Translations under genes and position numbers: made by a program
Shown: positions 1 to 11,064 of the stretch, in pieces
How the letters are laid out: every line of letters starts with the position of its first letter
Numbering within the stretch: position 1 is the stretch's first letter
IMG/VR virus record: IMGVR_UViG_3300020056_001325
DNA length: 55,954 nucleotides
Direction: 5' to 3' (one strand)
DNA from: an uncultured virus (IMG/VR IMGVR_UViG_3300020056_001325)
Lineage: Duplodnaviria > Heunggongvirae > Uroviricota > Caudoviricetes
Notes under the pieces: model-generated
Seen by the model: only the letters and a program-made list of their open reading frames with translations
Databases searched by the model: none
What the model was told of the DNA's origin: nothing

Positions 1-3000
1 CAATTAAGTGTTCATACAACTCTTGATGAAGCACAAAATAACGACGACGAAACTAGAGTTAAAATTAGTTTAACTACAGGAACAGGTACTGGTACGCAGT
101 CAATGACTGATGCCGAGTATGATTCAAGTTTACAAGGCTTCTTTATTAGTACAGAAGCAATGCCAAGACAAAGTGTTGTTCGTAGACAAGGCGACACAAT
201 GGTTGGTGCATTAACATTACATGATCATCCAGGTTCATTTGCAGGTGCAGGTACACCAAATGGTGAAACAGATTTACAAGCGGCTACAAAACTTTATGTA
301 GACAATAGTGCGTTTCCATCCGTTGCTAATTTATATGTTGCAACAAGTGGTGACGACAGCATGGCTAATGTTCCAGTTGGTCAAGAAGGTAGAGCATGGA
401 ACTATGCTTACAAAACACTGGCGGCGGCCTGTGCTAAAGCAGAAGAAATTATTGATACTTCACCATTGGGCGTTGGACCATATGTACAAGACATTACATA
501 CAATAATGGTGCAGGAAAAAGTCTTGTTACAGATTCGGGTGTTACTACATCAAGCGGTTACGAAGAAGTTAAAATTCTAACAGACCTAAACAGAAAATTC
601 TTAATTGAAGAAACTATTGCATATCTCGATGAAACATATCCATCGTTGTTATATGATAGAGAACTATGCCGCAGAGACCTAGGACTTATTGCAGATGGTA
701 TTGTTCTTGATGTTCTTGATAGCACACTTGCAAACTACCACAGTAGAAATGCTGGTTTAAGATACTACAGTTCAGCAAGTGGTCAAATTGCAAGAAGAAC
801 TCAGTTAACAGAAACTATTGCTTCTCTTAACTTTGCAAAACAGTTACACGCAAAAATTATTACTAATACACTAGAAACAAATCTTTACCAATCTACATAT
901 ACACAACAAGTTGACACTAACCAAACTGTCGATCTAGTTGGTCAAACATCAGTTGGTGCTAAATGGGATATTATTAAAACTATTATTGTTGGTCCTGATT
1001 ATAAAACAGCGGCTCCACAACTTGTTGAAGGTAGTACTTGGACAATACACATTTCACATGGCGGACAAGGTTATGTTGATCAAAACGTTGTTACAAACCA
1101 AGACTTAATTCCAGGTAAACTTATTATTGGTAAGCAGTCAGGTGCAGTTGGTAGAATTGTGTCTGTTGACAGAGACGGTGATGTTGGTGTTGCTGATATT
1201 ATTGAACTTGAATTATTAGAACCAAAAGAATTTGTTGTTGGTGAAGAATTACAATATGGCAGTAGATTAACAATTAAGAATATTAGTATCCACATTGAAA
1301 GTGGAACTTACTTTGAACACTTCCCAATTAAAGTTCCAGTAGGTGTTTCACTAAAAGGTGACGAATTTAGACGTGTTATTGTTAAACCAAAAGATGGTGT
1401 TTCACAGTCACGTTGGGCAGAAACATACTTCTATAGAGAGCCCGAGTTTGACGGATTGGATTTAAAAGCATCTTACAATCCAGATGCTATTTCACTATTA
1501 GAAGATAATAAAGAATATATTAAAGACGAAACTATTGCTTGGATTAATTACCAAATATCTTTAAACACAGGAATTTGGTCAGGGTTTACGTACGATGCAC
1601 AGAAATGTGAAAGAGATACAGGACTTATTTTAGATGGTATCATTTATGATCTAAAATGGGGTGGAAATGAAAAGACACATTTTAATGCTTCACGCTATTA
1701 TGAAGGTACTTCAAGTTTAATTAATGGACAAGAAGGGCAAACTGCGGCGGCAATTGACTTTACAAGAGATCTAGTAACAGATTATATTTTAACAAATACT
1801 GCATACGGATCTTTACAGTCTAAAACTACACAAACAATTTCTGGTACAAACGGCGAAGCGGCGGCGTCTACACAAGTAGATACATTAATGGGTATCATTA
1901 GTAATGTTATTCAAAATGGTCTATCTGTTTTACCTGCACTCGATTCAACTAGTTATGGTTATCATTACTTAAGAGATCATACTTCTGTAACAGACATTGG
2001 TCCTTCATATACTAATGCTGGCGGATATAATACAGAAGCAAGTGCTATTGCAGAAGCAAAATCAGATATCCAAGACGCTGTTGTTACACACATTAATGCA
2101 CTTGGAGTTCTAACAGGTACTGAAGAAACAAAGAGCAGAAGAGATACAGGGTACATTGTTGATGCTATTGTTGCAGACTTACGCAAAGGTGGTAGAGAAA
2201 ATGTTCTTACTATGCAAGGCAAGTTCTGGAATCAAACAGGTATTGACGCAGACTGTCGTTCTGGTATGCAACACATTGCAACTTACATCAATACTAATGT
2301 TATTGCATCTTCGACAGCAGTACAAACAATCGTAAGTAACTTTATTACATCAATATTATACGCATTTGATAGTGATTATAATCCACCTAAGAACAACGAT
2401 GAGATGGATGTGTTCTTAATGAACGACACAACTATCTTAAGAAATATGAGTGTTACTGGACACGGTGGATTTATGGCAGTACTAGATCCAGAAGGTATTG
2501 TGCTTACTAAATCACCTTATATGCAAACTGGTACATCGTTTAGTAAATCAGTAAACAAACAAACGTTTGCTGGTGGTATGTTTATCGACGGTTTCGTTGG
2601 TAACTTGAGAACTGTTGTAACTGGCATTAACAATGCATACAGCATTAACGTACAGAGTGCATTAGGCGAAGGCTTACGAATTAAGAAACCAAACGTTCCT
2701 TGTCCGTTCTATATTCAAGGTAAACGTTACCAAGTTAACTCATTTACAAATTACGATCAGCAGGCAGGTACTGCTACACTATTACTTGATCCAACATCAA
2801 ACAGTGGTGCAGGATTTAGTGAACCACTACCAACACACATTGTATTACAAACACCAGGTAATAGATCAATGTTGGCAAACGACTTTACACAGGTTAACGA
2901 CTTAGGTTACGGTACTGTTGTTACTAACACTGGTTTATCAGAACTTGTATCACAATTTACTTACTACTGTCAAGCGGCTTACTACGCAGACAAAGGTGGT

Positions 3001-6000
3001 GAAATTAGATCACTAAACGGTTCTAACGCATATGGTGAATACGGTTTAGTTGCAACTGGCTCTGATCCAAACGAAGTACCAGACATTATTACTACTAAAC
3101 ATGACATGGTACGTCCTATCAGAATTTACGATGACGGTGCTGATTATACACACGCTCTTGATCAACTTTATATGTATGTGTACGAATTGCCATTTGTACC
3201 ACTAGCAAACTCAGAAGTTGAAATTGACCATGGTGGACAATTAGGAACAACACGTTACGAAATTACAACTGTACAAAACACAGGACAGATTGAATCTAGT
3301 GCATACATTGACGGCACAGTTTATAGATTAAACCTTGCTACAACTGGTACAGATAGTACAAGTACAACAGGACTTAAAGCAGTTCCAGTAGATGGTTCAA
3401 TTGGTATGATTAGAATGAACTTGTCGCATCATATTGATGGTGTTGAGTCAGTAAGTTCAAGACCAAGTTCAGCATTGATATTTGACCAAAACCCAGGTAA
3501 AGTTTATAGAACATTATCATTTGGAACAACAGATGCGTTAGGTAATGCATTACCAGGAACAGAAAAGATTACTAGATTTGATTCGCCATATGAATACATT
3601 AAACTAGTTGTTGATAATACTAATGCCGCAACTAATACCTATGCAGGCGTAGGAACAACAATGGGTGCTACACAGGGTGACGTTGTTATTGCTGTTGTTA
3701 GTATCTTATCACAACCTGTGCTTGATAGATTGAACGCAGGTGATATGATTTTTGCCTGGGATGGTAAACTACATCAAATTACAAATTATACTCAACGTGT
3801 TGGTTATGGTACTATTCAAATTACTGATGTTGCTGGTACAAACGTTAATGCTAGTTATGCTGGTACAGGTCTAAACAGTACTGTTGTTAATGCAACTAAT
3901 AACGTAACACTAAGAGCAGGTTTAGCCGCAGGTGAAGGTGGTAACATTACTGTTAACATTTCACTATGTAGAGCAACAGGACACGACTTCCTAAATATTG
4001 GTACTGGTGGTTATAATACTTCTAACTTCCCGAACGTTGTACTAGGTGAAGCAACACAACCTAAAGACCAAGACAGAGAAGTTGATGAAAGAGATAAAGG
4101 TAGATGTTTCTACGTATCAACTGACCAAGATGGTTTCTTCCGCGTAGGTAGATTCTTTACAGTTGACCAAGGTACTGGTACAGTTACATTTAGTGCTTCA
4201 ATTGCATTAAGTAACTTGGACGGTATTGGATTTAAACGTGGTGTTGTTGTAGCAGAATTTAGTGCCGATGACGGCATGACTGACAACTCAACTGATACAG
4301 TTCCAGTTGAATCAGCGGTGCGTGGTTATGTTACTAGACGTTTAGGATTTGACCACGGTGGAAATATAAATCCAAATATTATTGGTCCAGGTGTACTAGC
4401 ACGTGATGGTACTACATCAATGACAGGTAACTTGAATGCTGGTGGATACAGAATTGAATCACTAAGTGATCCACAAGGTGCTCAGGATGCCGCAACTAAA
4501 TCTTATGTTGATGGATTAATTAAAGAAGGTGATACAATTGGCGAACTAGTTGATACTGAATTTAACAACTTAGATGTTGATCAGTTAATTGGTTCAACAG
4601 GCAAATATAGAATTTACACACAACCAGCAATTGGTGGTAACTTCCAAGCAGGCGATGTTATTACAGGTAACTTTACAAATGCTACTGGTACAATTCTTAC
4701 AGTAGAAAATGTTACAGTAGGTGGTGTTAATTACAACTTGTTAGTTTACACTCCTGCAAGTGGAACATTTAATACTCAAGATATTATTACAACAACCGGC
4801 GGTGTTTCGGCACAGATGGAAGACGGTCCACACTTTGAATGGGCAAACTTAGTTGAAGATGCCGCAAGTGATATTAACATTGTAGTATCGAGAGATGCTA
4901 ATGGAGCAACTGTAGAATACAGAATTGCACCAGACAGTATTATTGATGCAGACGTTAATTCTGCCGCAGGTATTCAACAAACTAAACTTGCTCTTAACAA
5001 TGCAAGTACAAGAGCAAACGCAACAGGCATTACACAAAATGACCTAGGTGTTGCTAGTTTCGATAGTGATATCTTTACAGCAGATAATGGCTGGATTACT
5101 ATTGACAATGGTGCATTAGACTACAGAAAAATTATTAATATTGCTGATGGTACTGCACTAGGTAGAGCAAGTGGTGATTCAAGTTCAGGTGATGTTACAG
5201 AAATTCCATTTACTACAATCGTTAACGAAGGTGGCGGTGTACAAGAGAATGTTACAACAACTGGTGCAATTAATTCATTAATTAAAACTGACAACTTAGG
5301 TAATGCTGATATGCAAGGACTTAAGATTGATGGTTACTTGATTGCAGATACTAGTGGTACTGAAATTCAATTTACTACACCTGGTGGTGCATTATTCCTT
5401 TCATCAGCAGGTACAGTTACACCAACAGTTGAAATTCCAGGAAGCGTTAATATTGGTAACACAGGTGTTACACAAGGATTCTTCCAAACTAACTCTGCAC
5501 TAGCAGGTGAAAGTAGACTTGCTGTAGATTGGATACACAGTTCATTTATTGAAGCACCAGGAGAACTTGATGCAACAAGTACAGGTATATCAGTTGGTGC
5601 TAATACAGGTTATACTGCCGCAGGACAAATTGGATTAATTTCCGATGGTGAAATGGTTCTTAGAACTACAACATCAGGATTTGAACCAAGTCAGAATAAC
5701 ACATACAATATTGGTACTGCTTCATTAAGATACAATACACTTTACGCAGGTGTTTATGATGGAACATCAACACAAGCAAGATACGCTGACTTGGCTGAGA
5801 ACTATCTAGCAGATGCAGATTACGAAGTAGGTACTGTATTAATATTTGGTGGTGAAGAAGAAATTACAACTACTAAGATGAAAGACGACACAAGGGTAGC
5901 AGGCGTTGTTTCAGAAAATCCTGCACACTTAATGAACAGCCAGTTAGAAGGTAATCATGTTACAGCGGTTGCTTTACAAGGACGTACTCCAGTTAAGGTT

Positions 6001-6162
6001 GTTGGTATTGTTAAGAAAGGAGACTTGTTAGTTTCAGCAAGTATTCCAGGATTTGCAATAGCAAACAACAATGCTAAGGTAGGTACTGTAATTGGTAAAG
6101 CACTAGAAGCCAAAGACGATCCCGGACATGGCGTAATTGAAGCAGTGGTAGGGAGAGTATAA
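1..6162 (+). CDS. Very large tail fibre/tailspike-like virion protein (>2050 aa, 5'-truncated) with C-terminal chaperone-like domain
   Basis: Frame is open from base 1 (QLSVHTTLDEAQ...), upstream of the Met at 103. G/T/N-rich. Has AATKxYVD motifs twice, a YVATSGDD...AYKTLAAA beta-helix lead-in, and a C-terminal YADLAENY...VALQGRTPVKV...KGDLLV...GTVIGKALE domain typical of phage fibres. Confidence 0.75.
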   Translation, partial: QLSVHTTLDEAQNNDDETRVKISLTTGTGTGTQSMTDAEYDSSLQGFFISTEAMPRQSVVRRQGDTMVGALTLHDHPGSFAGAGTPNGETDLQAATKLYVDNSAFPSVANLYVATSGDDSMANVPVGQEGRAWNYAYKTLAAACAKAEEIIDTSPLGVGPYVQDITYNNGAGKSLVTDSGVTTSSGYEEVKILTDLNRKFLIEETIAYLDETYPSLLYDRELCRRDLGLIADGIVLDVLDSTLANYHSRNAGLRYYSSASGQIARRTQLTETIASLNFAKQLHAKIITNTLETNLYQSTYTQQVDTNQTVDLVGQTSVGAKWDIIKTIIVGPDYKTAAPQLVEGSTWTIHISHGGQGYVDQNVVTNQDLIPGKLIIGKQSGAVGRIVSVDRDGDVGVADIIELELLEPKEFVVGEELQYGSRLTIKNISIHIESGTYFEHFPIKVPVGVSLKGDEFRRVIVKPKDGVSQSRWAETYFYREPEFDGLDLKASYNPDAISLLEDNKEYIKDETIAWINYQISLNTGIWSGFTYDAQKCERDTGLILDGIIYDLKWGGNEKTHFNASRYYEGTSSLINGQEGQTAAAIDFTRDLVTDYILTNTAYGSLQSKTTQTISGTNGEAAASTQVDTLMGIISNVIQNGLSVLPALDSTSYGYHYLRDHTSVTDIGPSYTNAGGYNTEASAIAEAKSDIQDAVVTHINALGVLTGTEETKSRRDTGYIVDAIVADLRKGGRENVLTMQGKFWNQTGIDADCRSGMQHIATYINTNVIASSTAVQTIVSNFITSILYAFDSDYNPPKNNDEMDVFLMNDTTILRNMSVTGHGGFMAVLDPEGIVLTKSPYMQTGTSFSKSVNKQTFAGGMFIDGFVGNLRTVVTGINNAYSINVQSALGEGLRIKKPNVPCPFYIQGKRYQVNSFTNYDQQAGTATLLLDPTSNSGAGFSEPLPTHIVLQTPGNRSMLANDFTQVNDLGYGTVVTNTGLSELVSQFTYYCQAAYYADKGGEIRSLNGSNAYGEYGLVATGSDPNEVPDIITTKHDMVRPIRIYDDGADYTHALDQLYMYVYELPFVPLANSEVEIDHGGQLGTTRYEITTVQNTGQIESSAYIDGTVYRLNLATTGTDSTSTTGLKAVPVDGSIGMIRMNLSHHIDGVESVSSRPSSALIFDQNPGKVYRTLSFGTTDALGNALPGTEKITRFDSPYEYIKLVVDNTNAATNTYAGVGTTMGATQGDVVIAVVSILSQPVLDRLNAGDMIFAWDGKLHQITNYTQRVGYGTIQITDVAGTNVNASYAGTGLNSTVVNATNNVTLRAGLAAGEGGNITVNISLCRATGHDFLNIGTGGYNTSNFPNVVLGEATQPKDQDREVDERDKGRCFYVSTDQDGFFRVGRFFTVDQGTGTVTFSASIALSNLDGIGFKRGVVVAEFSADDGMTDNSTDTVPVESAVRGYVTRRLGFDHGGNINPNIIGPGVLARDGTTSMTGNLNAGGYRIESLSDPQGAQDAATKSYVDGLIKEGDTIGELVDTEFNNLDVDQLIGSTGKYRIYTQPAIGGNFQAGDVITGNFTNATGTILTVENVTVGGVNYNLLVYTPASGTFNTQDIITTTGGVSAQMEDGPHFEWANLVEDAASDINIVVSRDANGATVEYRIAPDSIIDADVNSAAGIQQTKLALNNASTRANATGITQNDLGVASFDSDIFTADNGWITIDNGALDYRKIINIADGTALGRASGDSSSGDVTEIPFTTIVNEGGGVQENVTTTGAINSLIKTDNLGNADMQGLKIDGYLIADTSGTEIQFTTPGGALFLSSAGTVTPTVEIPGSVNIGNTGVTQGFFQTNSALAGESRLAVDWIHSSFIEAPGELDATSTGISVGANTGYTAAGQIGLISDGEMVLRTTTSGFEPSQNNTYNIGTASLRYNTLYAGVYDGTSTQARYADLAENYLADADYEVGTVLIFGGEEEITTTKMKDDTRVAGVVSENPAHLMNSQLEGNHVTAVALQGRTPVKVVGIVKKGDLLVSASIPGFAIANNNAKVGTVIGKALEAKDDPGHGVIEAVVGRV

Positions 6163-7010
6163 TGGCACAACTAACTATAAACATTGGGTCAAGTGCAAAT
6201 AAGGGTGATGGCGATCCAATTAGAGTTGCCTTTAATAAAGTAAACACTAACTTTACAGAAGTTTATACAAAACTTACAGCACTTGAAGATGGACACGTTG
6301 CAACAGATGTTAGCGGAAATGTTTTTGCAGAAGATAGTACACTACTTGTAGATGCTATCAATGCTAAGATTCCAGCGGCAAACTTATCAGGTGCTTTACC
6401 TGCAATAGATGGTTCAGCACTAACAGGTATTAGTGTTGTAGAAACAGATCCAGTTGTAGGTGCTATTAACGGATTAGTAAAAGCAGACGGTGCTGGTAAT
6501 ATTTCACAGGCGGTTGCAGGGACTGATTATTTAACAACTGTAGAATTAAGTTCAGACACAACCCCACAACTTGGTGGAAACTTAGATACCAATGGAAATG
6601 ACATTATATTTCAAGATAGCGATCATTTGTTTTTAGGAACGGATAGTGACTTAGATTTTTATCATGACGGAGCAAATGCAAGATTACAGAACTCACGAGG
6701 ATTTATATATGTTAGAACACCAGATTCTTTTGTTATTGATGGAACAAGTGGTGGAACACTTGCAAGATTTCTTGTTGGTCAAGGTGTAGAATTACGTTAT
6801 CAAAATAATGTTAAATTAGATACTGTATCATATGGTGTTTCCATAACTGGATTAGCAAAACTATCTGTACTAACATCGGCTCCGACATCACCAGCAGACG
6901 GTATGGTAGCAATAGCAGACGGCAGTGGTTGGGATCCAATGACTAATGGTGTTCAAACTATGGTAGTTTACTTAAATGGTGCTTGGAGAGAAATTGCAAA
7001 TGCAGTATAA
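6162..7010 (+). CDS. Baseplate/tail-fibre protein with T4 gp9/gp10-like N-terminus
   Basis: N-terminal INIGSSANKGDGDPIRVAFNKVNTNFTEVY; DTTPQLGGNLDTNG fibre motif. Confidence 0.65.
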   Translation: MAQLTINIGSSANKGDGDPIRVAFNKVNTNFTEVYTKLTALEDGHVATDVSGNVFAEDSTLLVDAINAKIPAANLSGALPAIDGSALTGISVVETDPVVGAINGLVKADGAGNISQAVAGTDYLTTVELSSDTTPQLGGNLDTNGNDIIFQDSDHLFLGTDSDLDFYHDGANARLQNSRGFIYVRTPDSFVIDGTSGGTLARFLVGQGVELRYQNNVKLDTVSYGVSITGLAKLSVLTSAPTSPADGMVAIADGSGWDPMTNGVQTMVVYLNGAWREIANAV

Positions 7011-7011
7011 A

Positions 7012-7018
7012 ATAAATA
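7012..7018 (+). promoter_or_regulatory. Late promoter (ATAAATA)
   Basis: T4-like TAAATA box in a short intergenic gap. Confidence 0.55.
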
Positions 7019-7036
7019 TGAGTATAGGAAAACATA

Positions 7037-9550
7037 ATGGCAAATAGAATACCACTTATAGTCGACACGCTCGATGACAATAAAATTAAAGAACTACCGG
7101 TAGGTGATAATTTAGATCTAGGTGGTGCTGGTGTTACTAACGTTGGATCAATTAATGCAACTGACGTAACAATTAACGGAGTTTCGTTTAACAATCCATT
7201 TAGTGGTGACTATAACGATCTTACTAACAAACCAATTATTCCTACTGTACCAACAGCGTTAAGTGCGTTTGCAAACGACACAGGATTTTTAGCGGCTGGT
7301 ACAACTACTGATCAAGTTAATGAAGGCTTGTCAAACTTATATTTTTCAACTGCTAGAGTTGATGCTCGGATCCAAGGTACTACGTTATCAAGTTTATCTA
7401 ATGTTGATAATGTTAGTGCAACAGATGATGGAAAAGTTTTATACTACGATCATGCTTCAGGAAACTTTAAATTAACTAACGTTGTTACAGAAGCAGATAC
7501 ACTAAACAGTATTTTAAGCAGAGGTAATACAACTGAACTAGATATTAATTCAACTGGTAAAGTTTATTTCTCAAACGTATTTGCAGAAGAAGCAGATTTA
7601 CCAGATGCAAGTACATACCACGGTATGTTTGCTCATGTACACGCAACAGGCAAAGGATATTTTGCACACAGCGGTTCTTGGGTTCCTTTACAAAATGAAT
7701 CCTCAGCGTTTGCTGGTTGGTCAACTGCTGGTGATGACGGACAAGCAAAAACAGTTTCGAGCAATGAAACAATTAGTTTCTTAGGTGGTACTGGTATTAC
7801 TACTACAACTGATGGACAAGGTAATGTTACAATTACTGTTGGTGCATTAGATGATTTAACAGATGTAGATGCGGCAAGTCCAAACAACGGACAAGCACTT
7901 ATCTGGAGTAACTTAAATCAAAGATGGCAACCGGGTACAGTTTCTAGTTCTATTGCAGAACTTGGTGACTTAGATGATGTAAACGTTATTACTGTTGCTC
8001 CACAAGACAATTATGTATTAAGTTGGAATGGCGGTAATAGTGAGTGGAGACCAAGACCACTAAACAACTTAGATGCGGCAACTGTAAGCACACAGTTTGA
8101 TGCTACTGCAACTTCACAGTTTATAACTTTTGTTTCACAAGGTAGTGCAGGTGGGCAAACATTACATACTGACGCAGGTATTACATATAATCCTAGTACA
8201 AACACACTTGCAACACAGGTACTAACATCAACAACATTTACTACCACAAATATTACTGTAAACGGAAATGTAAGTGGTACTAGTAACGAAGTAACATTTA
8301 ATGATAATGTTAAACTTTCAAGTGCAGGTGAAGTAAGATATTATGCTGGTGATAATCAAAACTACTCAGCGTTTAGAGCACCGGCAACACTAAGTGGTAA
8401 TACAACATTTATTTTACCAAATGGTGATGGACTTAACGGACAAGTTTTAGTAACAGACGGTAGCGGAACATTATCTTGGACTTCAGTAAGTTCAAGCACA
8501 AATACGTTTGTTAATTTTGCTGTTGCAGGACAAAACACAGTTTCCGCAGATTCTATTAGTGATACACTAACACTTGTTGCAGGTTCTGGAATTACACTAA
8601 CAACTGATAATGTTGCAGATAGCATTACAATTACATCAACTGGAGGAGGTGGAAGCACTCCGGGTGGTATTAGTGGAACAGTACAATATAATGATGGCGG
8701 ATCGTTAGCAGGTGATGCAGACTTCACATTTGATGCAAACACTAACACACTTGCAGTTACAAATATTAATGCTACACAAATTTCAGCAGATGAGATTGTT
8801 TCATCAAGCACAGGTATTCCAACATTAACAAGTGCAAGTAACTTGATACTAGATGCCGCGAATGCTGTTGTAATTCAAAGAGCACCATTAAGATTAGGTA
8901 TTTTTGATACTGACGGTGTTAACCTTCTTGTAGGACAAAAAGGTGATATAATTTATAACTCATCAGTTGGTGAAATTCAATGGTGGAACGGTTCCCAATT
9001 TGAAGGAGTAACTCAACCATATTCATTCTTTATTGGCGCAGATGATTCAACAATGCGTACTGTTGAAAATAAAGAAAGCATTAAAATTATTGGTGGTAAC
9101 AACGTTTCAACAACTAGTGACGCTGAAGGTAATATTACAGTTAATGCCGCGATTGCAGGCGGTGTTGTTGTTACTGGTCCTAGTGAAGGTGACATGACAT
9201 ATTACAATGGCACTAACTGGGTTGCTGTTGGCGGACCAGTTTATCATTATACAGTTACAAACAGTGGTACAACTGCTTATAGACTTGAAGGTCCGGGTGT
9301 AAGCAACACAACTGATAATCCGAATCTAACACTTTACAGAGGTGCAACATATATCTTTAAAAATACAACAGGTTCTTCACATCCATTTGCAATTAGAACA
9401 GAAGATGGTGGTAGTACATTTAGTGAAGGAGTAAGCGGATCGCAAACAGGAACACAAATATTTGAAGTACCACATGAACCAAGTGATACAGCACTAGTAT
9501 ATCAATGTACACTTCACTCAGCCATGCTTGGTAATTTAACTATTGTTTAA
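7037..9550 (+). CDS. Tail fibre-like structural protein with internal repeats and C-terminal cupredoxin-like domain
   Basis: LxDLxDV repeats, repeated GG.GITTT.D..GNxTI modules, YHGMFAHVH motif, C-terminal HPF...YQCTLHSAM; RBS AGGA and upstream ATAAATA. Confidence 0.7.
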   Translation: MANRIPLIVDTLDDNKIKELPVGDNLDLGGAGVTNVGSINATDVTINGVSFNNPFSGDYNDLTNKPIIPTVPTALSAFANDTGFLAAGTTTDQVNEGLSNLYFSTARVDARIQGTTLSSLSNVDNVSATDDGKVLYYDHASGNFKLTNVVTEADTLNSILSRGNTTELDINSTGKVYFSNVFAEEADLPDASTYHGMFAHVHATGKGYFAHSGSWVPLQNESSAFAGWSTAGDDGQAKTVSSNETISFLGGTGITTTTDGQGNVTITVGALDDLTDVDAASPNNGQALIWSNLNQRWQPGTVSSSIAELGDLDDVNVITVAPQDNYVLSWNGGNSEWRPRPLNNLDAATVSTQFDATATSQFITFVSQGSAGGQTLHTDAGITYNPSTNTLATQVLTSTTFTTTNITVNGNVSGTSNEVTFNDNVKLSSAGEVRYYAGDNQNYSAFRAPATLSGNTTFILPNGDGLNGQVLVTDGSGTLSWTSVSSSTNTFVNFAVAGQNTVSADSISDTLTLVAGSGITLTTDNVADSITITSTGGGGSTPGGISGTVQYNDGGSLAGDADFTFDANTNTLAVTNINATQISADEIVSSSTGIPTLTSASNLILDAANAVVIQRAPLRLGIFDTDGVNLLVGQKGDIIYNSSVGEIQWWNGSQFEGVTQPYSFFIGADDSTMRTVENKESIKIIGGNNVSTTSDAEGNITVNAAIAGGVVVTGPSEGDMTYYNGTNWVAVGGPVYHYTVTNSGTTAYRLEGPGVSNTTDNPNLTLYRGATYIFKNTTGSSHPFAIRTEDGGSTFSEGVSGSQTGTQIFEVPHEPSDTALVYQCTLHSAMLGNLTIV

Positions 9551-9559
9551 GGAGTAACT

Positions 9560-11056
9560 ATGAAACATTATGTAGTGTCTTTAGTTAAAGGATACGATAA
9601 ATCAGAAATAATGGACGAACTAAACAGAGACACAACTAGCGACAGTTGGGTTGATAGTAATATTATTCCTGATAGACAAGTTGATAATGTAAATACTCGT
9701 CCGTCAAGTCAACGTATTTTTGAAGTAGAATTATCTGATGCTGAAGCAGAAGCATTAATGAATGATCCAAGGGTAGGTGGTGTAAACGAACCATTAACTT
9801 GGGACGATGAATGGGCAGACTATCAACAAGAATTAAACAACCAAAGAGATGGTACAAGCACTACTAGAGATAATTGGGCATTTACTAGACACGTAAATGA
9901 AAGCAATCCATGGGGCTCAAATGTAACTAGTGATATTGGCGGAACTTATGATTACCATTTAGATGGTACTGGTGTTGATTATGTACACCAAGAAACTAAA
10001 TTTAGATACGATCATGAACAATGGGAAGATAAAGACGGTAATAGTCGTTTACAAAGATTCCAATGGAACACACTTCCAAACATGGGTGCTGAGTTAACAC
10101 AGGACTATGACAACATATCAGGATCAAGTTATCATGCTACCCACTGTTGTGGTACGGCTGTAGGTAAAGATTACGGTTGGGCAAAGAATGCAAATATCTA
10201 TTGCTTAGATATGAACACTATTAGTTCAAGTGCTTGGTTTGATGCTATTAAAGAATTTCACAAAGCAAAAACACCAGACCCAATTACTGGTGTTAAGCGT
10301 CCGACCATAGTTGGTGCTAGTTGGGGATACAAAGCATACTTTACAAGCATAACTGATATTGTGTTTAGAGGCAGTAGTGTAGGCACAGTCAAATCATCAC
10401 AATATGGAATGATTGGAGATATTTCAAATAGATTTAACGCTAACCTTTATAACCTAAATGTTGAAGTTGAAGAAATGGAAGAGGTTGGAGTAATATATGT
10501 AAAAAGTGCAGGTAACCAAGGACAAAAATTATGCTCCGTTGGAGACATCGATTACAACAACTATATTACTAGAAGTATTACAACAGGCGGCATTACAGCA
10601 GGAAGTCCTATTTACTATAACAGAGGTGCAGGCAACATTGGTCCAAACACTATTGTTTGTGGTAATCTAGATAGTGGATTATATAACGGTGAAGAAGCAA
10701 CTGCAACATCAAGCGACAAAGGTCCAAGGGTTGATGTGTGGGTTGCTGGTACTGATATTGTTAGTGCATATAATTCAAGTCCGACTGCCGTAGCAAACTA
10801 TACAGGAACAAGTATGAGTACACCACAAATTAGTGGAATGACTTGTTTGTTGATGCAACTTAACCCAGGGTGGACGCCAGCACAAGCAAGACAGTGGTGG
10901 CATAATCAAGGTAGTATTAAAGGCCTAATGTTCCAAGGTGATACCGACGAAAATAATGCGTCTACGTTTTTCTCAAATACAAGAAGTTTATATAACGGTG
11001 TGAATAGAATTGCTTATTTTCCTTTTGCAGGACATAGAGCATTAAGACAGGATTAA
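9560..11056 (+). CDS. Subtilisin-like S8 serine peptidase 1 (putative virion-associated)
   Basis: HATHCCG (His), SAGN (oxyanion Asn), GTSMSTP (Ser), N-terminal propeptide-like region; RBS AAGGAG. Confidence 0.85.
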   Translation: MKHYVVSLVKGYDKSEIMDELNRDTTSDSWVDSNIIPDRQVDNVNTRPSSQRIFEVELSDAEAEALMNDPRVGGVNEPLTWDDEWADYQQELNNQRDGTSTTRDNWAFTRHVNESNPWGSNVTSDIGGTYDYHLDGTGVDYVHQETKFRYDHEQWEDKDGNSRLQRFQWNTLPNMGAELTQDYDNISGSSYHATHCCGTAVGKDYGWAKNANIYCLDMNTISSSAWFDAIKEFHKAKTPDPITGVKRPTIVGASWGYKAYFTSITDIVFRGSSVGTVKSSQYGMIGDISNRFNANLYNLNVEVEEMEEVGVIYVKSAGNQGQKLCSVGDIDYNNYITRSITTGGITAGSPIYYNRGAGNIGPNTIVCGNLDSGLYNGEEATATSSDKGPRVDVWVAGTDIVSAYNSSPTAVANYTGTSMSTPQISGMTCLLMQLNPGWTPAQARQWWHNQGSIKGLMFQGDTDENNASTFFSNTRSLYNGVNRIAYFPFAGHRALRQD

Positions 11057-11064
11057 TTTAAATT

